Position numbers and translations under genes: made by a program
The notes under the pieces: generated by a model
What the model was told of the DNA's origin: nothing
The model's input: the letters and a program-made list of their open reading frames with translations, nothing else
The model's database searches: none
Assembly (NCBI GenBank): GCA_977018835.1
Contig: OZ361258.1
Coordinates: 3,720,001-3,784,000, forward strand
Length of the DNA: 64,000 bases
From: Minutocellus sp. GHC0000111
Taxonomy: Eukaryota
Direction: 5' to 3'
Shown here: positions 1 to 13,118 of the stretch, piece by piece
Layout: the number at the start of each line of letters is the position of its first letter
Numbering within the stretch: the first letter of the stretch is position 1

Positions 1-279
1 GCCTCAGGCAAACTTTTAATAATGCACTACTTTGTCAATTTCTAGTGCTTCAAAAAAGTCGAGAAAGCAACAAGCAAGCAAAATTCAAACAGATGCATGA
101 AGCAAAATCAAAGTCAAGCAAGCGCCACTCGTTCGTCCATAAATGCCGAAGGTGTCATACTGCAACATTACCCTGTATCAATACAGCATTCGTCTCATTA
201 AAGCAAGGCCAGACCAAGCCTCGTCCAATCAGAAATACAAACAGACAAATATCCGTCCTCGTCTCATCTCGCCGCAACG

Positions 280-1175
280 ATGATCGGCACGTTGGTGTCG
301 CTACTTTGCGCGCAGCTAATTTTGCCGCCACCTGCACTGCCGCCGACACCGCCTCAACAAGAACAGGCTCGCTCCTCAGCAAGATGGACCTCAGCGAGTC
401 CATGAGTCTGCACGGCATGCTCGCGCAGGTTTCCAACGAGGCTCGTGGTCGTCGCAAGGGCGCGGCCGACAGTGCCTCTTCCGAGGAAGAAGACGTGCTC
501 AACACCCGCCGTCTGGCGTCGTGCTCCGACAAGCTCGACAAGTGCCGCTCCAAGCTCGAATCTTGTGAGGATGAGGCCGCCCAGCCAACACTTTTGTTCA
601 CGCAGATGGCAGAAACGTGCAAGCTCAAGCGCAAGGTCAACGCCAAGGGCGACGTCACCTACGAATGGTCCTCCAAGGACATGGACGACGACACCTACGT
701 CTTCAGTGATCGTCCATATCAGATTGCCTACACCATGACCACCCCCGATTTCTTCGATGGGTTCGATGATATTTTCAACAAAAACAACGGTGGCAAGCCC
801 AACGGTGCCATCACCTTCCGCCACAAGAACACCAAGAATTTCGAAGGGCCGCTCATCTCTGTATTCGTCGAGGCCGCCTACAAGACCGATGCTGGGAAGT
901 TCATCTACGAACTGAGCCAGTCCAAGGAACAGGAGGCCGTGAACGCTCTCGAGGATTTCTTCGAGGATGGCGACGGCGAAGATGATGGTGTGGTGGAATA
1001 CGAAATGTGCAGTCTCTTCATTGATAATGTCTATACTTGCGAGGAATGCAAGGAGTGTGAAACCAGCCCGATTTTAGATTGTGACGATCTTCCCAGCTTC
1101 ATTAAACGTCATTGCGACGAGGTATGCAAAGACGACGCTGCAAATGTTGGAAATGTGTTGGATGCGTCTTTCTGA
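280..1175 (+). CDS. Putative secreted protein with FSDRP-motif domain; probable 1-nt frameshift in the signal peptide
   Basis: ORF 45..1175 contains LLFTQMA...TYVFSDRPYQ...F..PNGAITF. An out-of-frame ATG near 280 gives MIGTLVSLLCA, which would join AANFAATCTA into a signal peptide. Confidence 0.5.
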
Positions 1176-1271
1176 GCCAAGTGATTATTTAGAAAAATAC
1201 ACAAGAAATGAAGAATTGTTGGAATCGACAAAGTCGAGTTGCCCTTTCCTTTCGGCTATGAACTAAACCTG

Positions 1272-2915
1272 CTAAAATAATTTGCCTAACCTAGCTTTCG
1301 AGAGTGAATTCGTGCTAGATAGCAGCTCCTCTTGATCTACCTCGATATTCAGTCTCTTCGCACTCCCAGCTTCTACCTGGACCGTCTCGGTGCTAATTTC
1401 CCAGCCTTTCTTCTCCAAAAGCTCCACAAATGAATCTGCGAGGGAGAGCATTTCCTCGTGTGATACTTTGATCATGTCAGATGCGCCATTGTGCTTCCGA
1501 GAAATCAACATTGCCCTGAGGATGTGCGCATGCAGACATCCTCTAATGAGATCAGTCCCTAGGGCGTCTTTTAGAAATGTGAGACGTATCGAATCACTGT
1601 CTCGATCAGCGCCGGTTCCACTTTCGTAGTTGATCAAATAATGTTCCTTCTCTCCTATACAATTTCTCACATGCTCGAATTCAGATATTTCGGGAAATAA
1701 TTCCTGTATCGACACACCAATTTTCAGCCATTTCTTTGTTTCATCTTTGTGAATAAAGGGTAGAAATCGTTCAACTTCGGCAACCTCGGCTGGGCTCAAG
1801 ACTGGGTGTTCAGTATCTGCCTTGGCAGACGTGCTTATTATAGACTCAACGAAAGTTTCCAGAACCAAGTTCAATCGATGCCGATTGAGATTGCGCAGGT
1901 GGACCGATCGAACGGCATTGTATGTACAATATTGGTGCAATACGGACAGCACAGCAAAACCCAAGGCCACATTTGTAACATCTCCTTGCAAGAACGGCGA
2001 AATGCTAATGCCAAGAGTAGTTCCAGCCAGTGATGCCAAGATGCTCTGACTGCCAGCCTTGGCCGTCACATCGCCAAGATTGCTCTTCAATGCCAGAGCT
2101 TGATGAATAGCCGCTCTCGATGCACTGGCTGTGAGAAAACCAATATTCTTACCTACATTGGCCACACTGGCAATGGGCAAAAAGTATTGGGGAAAGAGGG
2201 GCGACAATATTTCCAACCACGTAGCACAGTCCATGGATATCGAAGACGCCACCCTCCACCGCTTGGGATCTGCGTCAATACTGGAGTTGGCCGCTGAGCC
2301 CAATCTGGATGCAAACAATATACCACCAAACTGACCTATGCCATCCTTCAATACCCAATTGATCGCAGCCGCCATTGGAGCCGTGGAGGTTGAGCCGACG
2401 CCGACGGCAAGGAGGAGGGTTTGAGTCGATAAGACCATACTAGCTGCGCCAAATGTGTTTGCAGCTACACAATAAGCGACATATCGACTGTATCCCGGCG
2501 CCACGCTAGTGGGATAGCCCGCTGGGAGAAAATGACGCACCACGTGTCGCTGCATTTGTAGAGATAGTTCGTCCATCGATGGTAATTTGTTGTTCTTGGA
2601 CGAGGTATTGGAATCTGGTAGAGCTCCTTCATCGTTCTTTGTTTTGTATCCATGCATTATCGTAGAGTCCCAACCACTGTCCGAGGGTGTGTACAGCGTT
2701 TGTTTCATGGGTGGCGGCGAGGAATCGTCGCCCTTCGTAGAAGAGACAGACGCAGCAGCATCCCCGATGCGATACTCCCATATTTTGACAGATGGGGCAG
2801 TGGTGGCCGCAGCACCAAGAGTCTTTTTTGCCTGGGTGCTGAAGCGGCATACTTGTTTGTTGTGCCGGGACCTCAATGCTTCAGTGGTCGCGACTTGAAA
2901 CAAGCGGCGTCTCAT
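1272..2915 (-). CDS. RUS1/DUF647 (root-UVB-sensitive) family protein
   Basis: FLPAGYPTSVAPGYSRY, AAAINWVLKDGIGQFGGILFA, DADPKRWR and NLGDVTAKAGSQ are RUS-family motifs. Confidence 0.9.
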   Translation of the reverse strand: MRRRLFQVATTEALRSRHNKQVCRFSTQAKKTLGAAATTAPSVKIWEYRIGDAAASVSSTKGDDSSPPPMKQTLYTPSDSGWDSTIMHGYKTKNDEGALPDSNTSSKNNKLPSMDELSLQMQRHVVRHFLPAGYPTSVAPGYSRYVAYCVAANTFGAASMVLSTQTLLLAVGVGSTSTAPMAAAINWVLKDGIGQFGGILFASRLGSAANSSIDADPKRWRVASSISMDCATWLEILSPLFPQYFLPIASVANVGKNIGFLTASASRAAIHQALALKSNLGDVTAKAGSQSILASLAGTTLGISISPFLQGDVTNVALGFAVLSVLHQYCTYNAVRSVHLRNLNRHRLNLVLETFVESIISTSAKADTEHPVLSPAEVAEVERFLPFIHKDETKKWLKIGVSIQELFPEISEFEHVRNCIGEKEHYLINYESGTGADRDSDSIRLTFLKDALGTDLIRGCLHAHILRAMLISRKHNGASDMIKVSHEEMLSLADSFVELLEKKGWEISTETVQVEAGSAKRLNIEVDQEELLSSTNSLSKARLGKLF

Positions 2916-3535
2916 GTTGTTCTGAATCTAATGGCAGAGGCGGCAAATGGGAGGTCGGAAGCGGCAAGCGGCAAGCGGCAAGCAAGCAATAAATTCTCTA
3001 TAGCGGCGCGTTCGTCATTGCGGCATGCAAGCCGGGAAATATTGAGGCATTCCATTCATGCATTGCTTGCTGGCCAATCTCCTCCGGGTTCTCCAAGCCC
3101 AGCACGAAACAGACTGACCGCTCGTCATTTGAATTGGTCGGCGGCGGATACGCGTTACCGTCCCGTCGGTTTGTCAGGTTGTTATCGTCCAAGGCGGGCA
3201 CCACTCTCGATCCTTTGGACCACCTCATACTTGAATTGGCTCTGTTTCGAGCTGATTCTCGTGGGAAGCGACACATCTTGTGCCGACTTTGGAACGGGCG
3301 GTATCTTCCTCCAACACATCGCGGCTGGCCACACAAAACTTTTTGGCCAGCACGTCTTACTGCTGCATCGTCGGATAGTTGCCCTGGGCTGCTGGCTGGG
3401 CTGAGTCCAAAAGCCAATTGTTTGTCAAGACACCACCAAGCCCAACTCTGATCTTTTGGTGGCCATCAGTATCCGGCGGCAATTTTTTGTGAACGTTGGA
3501 GGCAACCAATAACAAAGTGACTGCTCCCAATACAT

Positions 3536-6500
3536 ATGTCCTCGTCGGCCAACAAGCAACCGTCGCTGGCCGTGCTGTCGAGCCGCCTCACGAGCGCCAC
3601 CTTGCCGTCCGATGCGATTGGTGCCCTCAACTCCCTGCTGGATGTAATTCGACAGTCGTACAAATCATCCGCCGAGGACAGTGGAGCTAGCAACAGCCAA
3701 AATGCCTCCAGGGGACCCAACCAGGAACCAACCCCCGCGGCATTGGAGCTGGCCTCCTCCCCCTCCATCATGGGAGCGGTGTGCACCCTGATCGGCGGCC
3801 ATCCGTCGTACTTGGAGCGCGATCACGGCGCCGGCCGGTTGGTCATGGATGGCGACGGTGGCGGGGGCGACGAAGTATCGGGACGAGGTGCCGAGCTGGC
3901 GTGCGAGCTGGCCCTGGCCATGCTGGGCGGGGGTGACGACGATGCTGATCTTAGTGGCGATGGCAGCACCAAGGTCGGCGGGGGGATCCACACCGGGCGG
4001 CAAAAGATGGCCAAGCTGGCGTCGACCATGCTGACATTTTCCACACCAGAAAGCTCCACGACCGAGGGAAAGTTTCTGAATGCCATTCTCGATAGACTGT
4101 GTCCCACCGAGGAGGATGGTGCTTTTGGCGATGGTACTGCTGGAGGGGGTGGCGTCGGAGGGGCGCTGTATCCCCGCATCCTGGCCCTCACCCTCCTCCG
4201 AAAGTTGCACGGGCTCATCCCCCACGTGGTGCAGAACCAACTGTTGACGGCGGTGCCCGATGGTCTCAACAGGCTCATTGCCCTGCTGGGCGGTGCAACA
4301 AGTAGTGCAGCGGCTGACACATCCGCTCCGTCCCCGCCGGAAGAATTGCGCAACGACATCCTCCGTCTGCTCACCGACCTGTCCTCCCAATCGTCCAATG
4401 CGGCGCGTCTCGTCATCTTTTCCGAGGGGTACGAACGTGCGTTGAGCATAGCCACCGACCCCATATCGCAGGGCGGCGAAGGGGGGTTGTACGGTGGCAA
4501 CACCGCCATCGTGGGCGATTGTCTCGACTTGTGCACCCGCCTCACCACCAGCGTGGAGGAGATGGGAGCGGAAGTGTTGTTGGGAAGTGCCGCCCTCATG
4601 GATCGGGTGGGGGGGTTGCTCGATCTGCGCGGTGGGGCCAGGTTTCGCAACCCGTCGCTCATGGTGGAGGATGACGAGCAGGGCGGGAAGGGCGCTGGTG
4701 ATGACGACGACGACGACGACTTGGACGATATCTTGAGCGGAGCCAAGGGCAAGTCGTCGGGTGGTAGCCAGACTGCTGCCAAGAGCACCAAGGTTGCCAT
4801 TCCGTGGCTAAGCGCTGCCGAAGAGAAGGTAGTGGAACGAGTCTTGTCGCTCTTGGCTGCCATTGTTGGTGAGGAGGGTGGAGAGGCATCGAGTTCCAAG
4901 GTGGCATCCCGCAAGGCCCGCATCGTCCGCCACGAGAAGACCTGCCGATTCTTGCTTGACTTGGCCCTGTTTGCCCATCCCCCGCCCAATGTTCTGGCGT
5001 ACCCGCATGGAGCGCCATCCCTCGCACTGCAATGTCGGGCATTGGAAACAGTAGCGCTTCTGGCCAGGGGTGTCGACGAGCCCACCCTCGATGTATTGGT
5101 GGGACGCAAGAGTATCTTCCTTCGCGATGTGTCAATGATGGAGAGGTTGCTCTACCTCATTGTCACCGGCGGCGGCCTCGTGGGATCTCCCGCATCGTCC
5201 GGATCTGTCGATGATCAGATTCTATCCGCCCAACGTTTGTCCAACCACGCCCTGTCGGCTCTTCGCGCCACCCTCCGAGGCAAGTCGGCCAGTGTCATGA
5301 TCTCCCACGCCCTGGCACCGCCGCCGATGGAGGAGGAGGATAGCAATGTTCCCGTCCCATCGGCGGAAGTGACGAAGCTGGTCAATACTCTTGTCGAGAA
5401 TCTGCATGGTCTAAGTCATTTGCCATCGGATGTGCCCGCCGACGATGAGATGCAACTGATTCAGCGTGGCCGGACCGTCGTCTGTGCGGCCGGCGCTGCG
5501 TCGGCACTTTCTGTATTTCTATCTGTGACCAAGGGAGAGACAGGGTCCATGGCAAGAGAAATGCTTCTCGGAGTTCCGCTTCCTCCGCCTATGCCTCCCG
5601 CCGACCCATCCACTTCTCCCCGTACCCTTCTCGAGTGTCTTTTGGGATACCTTGAGACAGTGTCTTCGTCGAAGGATGGCGATGACAAGTTGAGGTATGA
5701 TTCTTCCTTGACTTGCACTCTTTTGCGGTTCCTTTTGGAATGGGTCGGATGGTCCTTCGACTGTATATCACCAGCCGTCAAGCCTTCCAGCGGAGATGGT
5801 AACGAAGAGAAGAGCCCTGCGTCTGCAACATGCACCATGGCCGTGGTGATGGCGCTCCTCACCAGTCCATCCAGCGTAACGTTGGGATCGTATGCCAAGA
5901 ATCCTCCTCCGCTGGGCCAGGCAGCTTCCGTAAAGGCATTGGCTTCCGTCCTTCTTGGTCTGGCACTCGACGCCATTTTGTCCGACGACAAAGACGATGA
6001 AAGCAGCGACAAGGACATTGGAGGGTGGACGGAGGACAGCATCATGACTGTGCTCACTGGCGGAAAACGCGATCTTGGCAAGTTTACCAAGCTCATCGAG
6101 GCCGGTGCCAAGGACGGTGGCTCCCAAGGCACATGGATACTGTGCGAATCCGAGAGAAAATCGTTCGTCAAGTCCTACACACATGCGGTTCGTGTTGTTC
6201 GAAGGCGCGTCATCAAACAACTCACTGCCGGAGGTGATGATGATGCAGAGAGCGATGACGAGGAAGGTGGCCTCAACGATTCTCAGATGAGTGGGGAGAT
6301 CATGGGCGGTGGAAAGACAGTCATGCGACTCCTTGCCAAGCAGACCGCCGAGCTTGAGAGTCTCCGCGACCGCCTTGAACAGTCAGAAGAGTTGAGCGCA
6401 GATCAGGCCCGACAGCTTGATCGCTGGAAGCGACGGGTCGAATCAAATCCAACACAGCTGGACAACATGCTAACTGATATTTCCAACAAGAATGATGAAC

Positions 6501-9500
6501 TCGCCCGTGCCAACAAGCAGTCTGAAGATACCATCAAAGAAAAGGATGCTCTCATCGCCCAGCTCACGTCAGAACGAGATGAAGCTGCTGCAAGGCAAGC
6601 TGCAATCGTCCAAGCCGATCCCGCAGAGCTATCCTCCCTCAAGGATGAGAACTCTCGGCTGAGAAAGGACGTCCGTGCAGCCAACGAATGGATGCAGATG
6701 GCAACCCAGAGAATGGAAGAAATGGGAAAGAGGACGATGGAACTGGAGGCGGCGGCAGCAGCGCCTCCGCCGCCATCTGCTACCAGCGAGGCTGATCTTG
6801 CCAAGATATCATCTCTCGAGGAAGAAAATTCAAGGCTTCGCAAAGACGTCCGAGCTGCCAATGATTGGATGCAAATGGCAAGCAAGAGGATGGAAGAGAT
6901 GGGACAGAAGAACGCGGAACTCGAAGCAACGGCTGCTTCTGCCGCTACTGCCGGATCTTCCAGTGCTGAGGAGCTCGCTTCTCTGCGTTCGGAGCTCGAT
7001 GAAGAACGAGTTGGGCGTGAAACATTGACTTCCGAGATTCAAATTCTTCAAGCAAGGAATGCCGAGATCACAGAGGAGCTTCGCATTGCCAATGAACGGT
7101 TTGCCTCTGCTGCCGACACTTCATCCAATGAGCTTGCTGCTCTTCATTCCGTTCTCGATACCGAGCGCCAAAAGAACGAGTCTTTGGCCAACGATATCCA
7201 ATTGCTTCAGTCAAAGAACGCCGAGCTGGAGAGTGATCTGCAGCAAGCCAACGAGACTCAAACGCAAGTCAACGCGGAGGACAGTGAGGATAAGGAAAAT
7301 GAGATTCGGCTGCTCAAAACGGAATTAGAAAGTGTTCGCAGGGAGCTAATAGAAGCCGCTGCATCGTCTTCAGAGCAATCCAACGAACACCAGGCTACCA
7401 TCGAGACATTGCGACAGCAAGTCGATGCGCAGAAGCAGGAGCTTGCGGATGCGCAGCAACAGCATGAGGTGGAGTTGCAGGAACTACAAGATGGTATCGC
7501 TGCTACCGCTGCCAGCGATTCTGCGGAACAACTCCGTAGTCAAATTGATGACCTTCAGAGAGAGCTGACTACCGAACGCGAGCAAGCTGAGGCCACCATC
7601 AAAGCCAAAACTTCGGACAATGAAGCTTTGGAAGCCAAGCTCAATGGAATACGTGAAGAAGCTAAGAGGAGCCTCGAGAAGGCAGCAAGGCATACGCGTG
7701 GAGAAGAGCCCGATGTGGCCGCTTTTCAAGCAAATGCTTTGGCTAGTACTTCTGCAGCTCCACCAACTACCACCGATTCATCAGTGGATACAGAAGAGGC
7801 CCTGGCATCTGCTGAATTTATATCCTTGTACTACCAAGAGGAAATCGCCAGACTCTCTCAAGAGCACCAGTCATACAAGGATGAGGTCAAAACGTCCTCT
7901 TCCCTCGTCGCTGATGGCTTTGACGCAGTAAGGGTCGAGCTTGCCAAAAGGGATGAAGATTACGCTGCTTTGTCGAATGAATACCAGTCCTACAAGGATA
8001 GCATTGAGGCATCGTCCGCTCTTGCTGCTGACGGCGTTGATGCTGTCAGAGCCGAGCTTGCCAAGAAGCACGAGGAGTATGCTGCTTTGTCAAGCGAGTA
8101 TGACGCCTACAAGGAGAGTATCGAAGCATCATCACCAGTGGTTGCCGATGGCTTCGATGCTGTGAGAATCGAGTTGGCGAAGAAGGATGAAGAACTTGCT
8201 TCTTTGGAGCAGGAGATGCAATCAGTCAACGCTAGTCTCGAGGAGGCCAAGGATCAGCTCCAGACAAAGGAGGAAGAATGTGCAACACTTGAACAAAGTA
8301 TAAGTGCGATGGAAGGTCAGAGTGAAGCCGTTGTGTCGGAGTGGCAGGGTAAATACGGAATGTTGTTGCTTTCCCCTCCACGTGCTGCATCTATCTGGTC
8401 TCCATTTCCAATTCTTACCTCTCTCACACACTTTGTCCTGATTTCTTCACGCAATGTTTGCAGCGAGAGTCGAGGAGCTTGAAAGGCTGATTGAAAGTCT
8501 CGAGGAACAGATCCGAGCTCAAGAAGAAGAGGCCGACGAAGCCATCTCCAAGTGGTCCGAGCGTTGTGCGTTCCTTGAAGCGGAAGCTAGCTCCGCTGAA
8601 CGATCTGAGCTCACATCCAGCGCCCAGCTCGAGGAAGTGCGATCGCTACAATCGGAACTCAAGTCCAAGGACGATACCATCGAGGAACTTCGTCGAAAGG
8701 TTGTCCAGGTTGCCGACGAGACTGCCGAGGCGGTAACGGAAAAGCTTGATGGCGAAATCAAGGACCTAAGGGACACTGTATCCAAACTCGAAGCAGAGAA
8801 CGGAACCTTGGTCGGCCAGAACTCCTCTCTTTCTGAAGAGACCCAGGCATTGGAGCAAGCGCGCGAGGAGATAGATACTCTTCGTAACACTGTGGAGGGT
8901 CTCAACACAGAGATGGCGACACTTCAGAGTACGCTTGCCGAGAAGGACGCAGAGCTTGCAGCAGCCATTGCCGATTCCTCCACCGCCAAGGGCGAGGCCG
9001 ATGCTCGAATTCAAAACCTCGAGGCCGATGTGTCTGAACTCAACACCGCCATCTCTTCCGTCACTACCGAAAAGGAACAGCTGGAACAAAAGCTCGCAGC
9101 TGCTAAGAAAGAAGCCGACGCAGACCTTACCGAGGCCAAGGCAGCGGTCGACGCCCTGCAACAGGATATTATGGACATGGGCGAGCAGAGTGAAGCTGTC
9201 GTCGCGCAGTGGGAGGAGATGGTCCAAGAGCTCGAAACGAAATTGGAGGCCGCCAGTGAAGAGTTGCAAGCTCAAGAGTCCGATGCCGAGGAAGCTATCC
9301 GTGAGTGGGAGGCTCGATGTGCACTTCTGGAGGCGCAAGGATCCTGTCAAGAATCTACTTTGCAACAACAGCTAATTAATCTCGAAGCTCAACTAAAGGA
9401 GAAGGACGAGGCATTCGCAAATCTTCAGTGCACGCTGGAAGATCAAGAAGCATCGTCCCTCATTGCCAACCAGAAGAACGAATCTTCCATATCATCACTT

Positions 9501-11366
9501 GAGAAGCAGCTTTCTGAACGAGAGGAGGAAGTCAATACCCTCAAGGAAGAACTTGTCAACGCCGGCGAGCAGTCCGAAAATGTCATTGAGCAATGGCAGG
9601 CGCGAGTACAGGAGCTCGAATCGAGTCTCAACGATGCCGAGACCCTCTGCGCCGAAGCCGACTCGGCGATTGAGCAATGGGAAGGCAGGTGCGATGAGCT
9701 CCAAGCAGAGCTTGAGGCTTTGCAAAAACAGGAAGCCGAAGACAGGACGACGCTGAAAGCTCGTACCTCAGAGCTCGAGGATGCCAATGCCAAGAAACAG
9801 CTAGAACTTGAGGAGATTGGTATCAAATTGATGGCGTCGCAGGTCGAAGCGGAAGAAGTCACAAAGAAGCTGGAGGCTGCTATCGAAAGCACCTCTCTTA
9901 TGGAGGAGGAGCTCGGAGACGAAATCAACGCTCTCTCTTCGCAGCTCGCCGATAAACAATCCGAACTCAACGAGATGAGAAAAGAACACGAGAAAGAGGT
10001 GATGTTGCTTCGGCGATCTGACGAGGCGGTCCGAGCCGAGGAGCGCCTTGCCATGAAGGAGGTTATTGATAGTCTTGAGGCCGACAACTCTAGACTTTTG
10101 GAGGTGATTGGCGAGCTGAAAGAGCAACTTCGTGATGCACTCGACTCTTTGCAGTGCAATGCCACCAATCGGATATCGCAACGAGCAACTGAAATGGCGG
10201 TCGAGTCCCTTCGTACGGAAATGCTCAACGCCCGTGGTCTCCATCGCTCCACTCAACCCGAAGACGAAGGAATACCCACCGACTCATCGAGACGGGCTGA
10301 ACGCAACGAACGCGACAGCTTGCGCACTGCACTGGAGCGAACCAAGGAGGAACTTCTTGTTACCAGGAGCAAGCTTCAAGCTCTGGAAGAAAGCGTAGCT
10401 TCGTCACGTGTTGATATTGTCGCAAGTGCACAAGAGGCCCGCGCCGCTAAGTCTTCGCTCGCAGCAATTCGCCAAGCCTTTGAAGATCGACAGAATCGAG
10501 AACTGACAACAAAAGCCTCCCTCGAGCACCAAATCAAATCCTTGATGACATCCAGTAGAAGCCGTGGAAATAACAAGGAGGTTGAAACGCTGACCTCTGA
10601 AGTAGTCCAGCTCAACGCCGAAAAGGAACGGCTCCTCCAACTACTGAGTGAGAAGGAGCAGTTGATATCATCTTCGTCGATGCGTGATATCCGTGATGAC
10701 GCAGGCCCGGAGTCGACACAGCTTACTCAGCTTCGCCTTGAAAAACAACAACTCCTCACCAAGTCGGCAGAGATCACCCAACGGCTCGAGCAAAGGATGC
10801 GAGAAGCGATCGCGGCGGCTACGTCCTACCGTGAGACCGACCGATTTGTAGAGGAGCTCCGAGATCTACCCTCACCTCCACCATCTCCTGACAATGCTTT
10901 GCGCAAGGAGCAAACGCCGAGAGATCTGTCTCAACTACTTGCCAAACCCGACCAAGAGGCCAAGTTGAGAGCCGCCAAAACGGAGGCAACAAGGCTCAAG
11001 GACGAAAATCGTCTCCTCAAGGCCGACCTTGATAGATCCAACGCCGAAGCGGAGAAGACCATCAAGCGCCTCAAGGAGCAATGCCGAAAGTATGCGGAAG
11101 CCCATAGGCTGGGAGGACCAGGCAGCTCATCAGAGCTTGCAATTGCAGGAGAAGTATCCCGATTGCGAGGTGAGATGCGTAGTGAGAAGTTGCTTGGCTC
11201 CATGACAACTGCCGAGATCCTCGATACGGTTGTTCAACTCAAGGAAACAATCGAGGACGAGCGCAATTTGTACAGAGGTTTGGTTGAAGAGCACAAAGAC
11301 TTATTGGCCTTGGTCGCGCAATATGAGGAAGAACTAAACGCGGTGCGTCATGCAAGTGCATCATAA
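3536..11366 (+). CDS. USO1: Uso1/p115 vesicle-tethering protein (armadillo head plus very long coiled coil); intron 8349-8463
   Basis: Head motifs (PDGLNRLIALL, EELRNDILRLL, EGGLYGG..IVGDCLDL) resemble p115. GT(8349)...AG(8463) joins ORFs 3536 and 8454 in frame. Confidence 0.8.
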
Positions 11367-11404
11367 AAAGGTAAAGTAGCTTATGCACATTAACATTAGG
11401 TTAG

Positions 11405-12813
11405 TTAAAAGCCATCAATCTTTTTGCTGAGATAATCCATGACCTCGTCCACCGGGATGCGAACCTGCTCGGTGGTATCCCTGTCTCTGATGGTAACGGC
11501 ATTGTCCTTCTCGATGGTATCAAAGTCAACCGTTATGCAGTATGGAATACCAACCTCATCTGCTCGGCGATATCTTCTTCCGATGGCGCCGGTGGCATCC
11601 CACTGGACATTGTAGCGCATCTGGACCTTCTCAAACAAATCGCGGGCTGCCTTGACCAGAGGCTCCTTGTTCTTTACGAGCGGCAAAATGGCAGCCTTGA
11701 CTGGGGCGATACTGGGATCAAACTTGAGGAAGGTGCGCTTCTCACCACCCACCTCGTCCTCGGCATAAGCAGAGCAAATCAAGGCCAAAACTAGACGATC
11801 AACTCCCAACGAAGGCTCAATCACATGAGGAATGTACTTTTCCTTGGTTTGCTCATCAAAGTATTCGAGACCTGATGTTGAACGTTCGGTGAGAGTGTGA
11901 CAAAGGTGAGATATTGATTTGATGTAGTTCAACTTTGTGAAGCCGCACATAGACCTGAAAAATGAAGCACATCGATTCATTCCTCACAAAAACTTACTCT
12001 TTCCAGAACCCTCGGAGTGCTGAGTAAGATCGTAGTTACCGCGAGCGGCAATTCCCATGAGCTCCTGCTCTCCAAAGGGGAAGCGGAAGGTAACATCGGT
12101 ACAGGCAAGAGCATAGTGAGCCAGCGAATCACCCTCGTGAACATCCCAGCCCATCAGATCGTCGCGCAGACCAACACTGAGCAAAAAGTCCTTGGACTGC
12201 TTCAACCACTTCTCATGCTCGGGTTTCCAAACCTCTTCACCACCGGGCGGGATGAAGTACTCGACCTCCATCTGCTCAAACTCCCTCGAACGGAAGATGA
12301 AGTTGCGGGGCGTAATCTCATTGCGGAATGCCTTGCCAATCTGAGCAATGCCAAAGGGAATCTTGGCCCGAGACGTTCCCATGACATTCTTAAAGTTGAT
12401 GAAAATACCCTGCGCCGTCTCGGGACGGAGGTACGCCACGCTGGACTGATCCGACATGGCACCCACATTCGTTTGGAACATGAGGTTGAAATCCCGCGGC
12501 ATGGTGAGGGTGGGCTCTCCCGATCCCGGCGAGGGGATCTGCGACATCTCATCCTCGGTCACCTCCGTCAGATCCTTGAAGGCAAAGGGTTCGATTGCCT
12601 CGCCCTTCTTGCCGGCCTCCTTCAGAATCTTCTTGGCCATCTTCTTGGCCGATTTGACCATGTCCTCGTCCGAGGCCTCGTGGACGCAGACGTATCCAAC
12701 GTTGCTGCCATCCTCGGCGAGGTTGACGGGAGCGCAGAAGAGCTGATCGGCACGGTAGCGGAGCTTGGTCTCCTTGCAGTCCACCATGGGATCCGAGAAG
12801 CCATCGAGATGGC
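11405..12813 (-). CDS. Glycyl-tRNA synthetase (alpha2/GlyQS type), 5'-partial; exons 12813-11998 and 11871-11405
   Basis: [56 protein letters not shown]. The GT-AG intron 11872-11997 restores frame. The upstream exons are missing at the repeat/gap. Confidence 0.92.
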
Positions 12814-12849
12814 CTGAATATAAGGTTGGAAAGTGTATGAGGGCGGATG

Positions 12850-12900
12850 ACGAGGTCGCGGACAGCAGTTTCAGGGACCCGGTTTTCGGGTCTTCGGGCA
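12850..12900 (+). repeat. Dispersed repeat end (probable DNA transposon terminus), copy 1, inside the GlyRS intron and running into the gap
   Basis: ACGAGGTCGCGGACAGCAGTTTCAGGGACCCGGTTTTCGGGTCTT[C/T]GGGCA also occurs at 21182-21232. Confidence 0.75.
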
Positions 12901-13100
12901 NNNNNNNNNNNNNNNNNNNNNNNNNNNNNNNNNNNNNNNNNNNNNNNNNNNNNNNNNNNNNNNNNNNNNNNNNNNNNNNNNNNNNNNNNNNNNNNNNNNN
13001 NNNNNNNNNNNNNNNNNNNNNNNNNNNNNNNNNNNNNNNNNNNNNNNNNNNNNNNNNNNNNNNNNNNNNNNNNNNNNNNNNNNNNNNNNNNNNNNNNNNN
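12901..13100. other. Assembly gap (200 N)
   Basis: Run of N. Confidence 1.
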
Positions 13101-13118
13101 GATAACATAGACGTCGTT

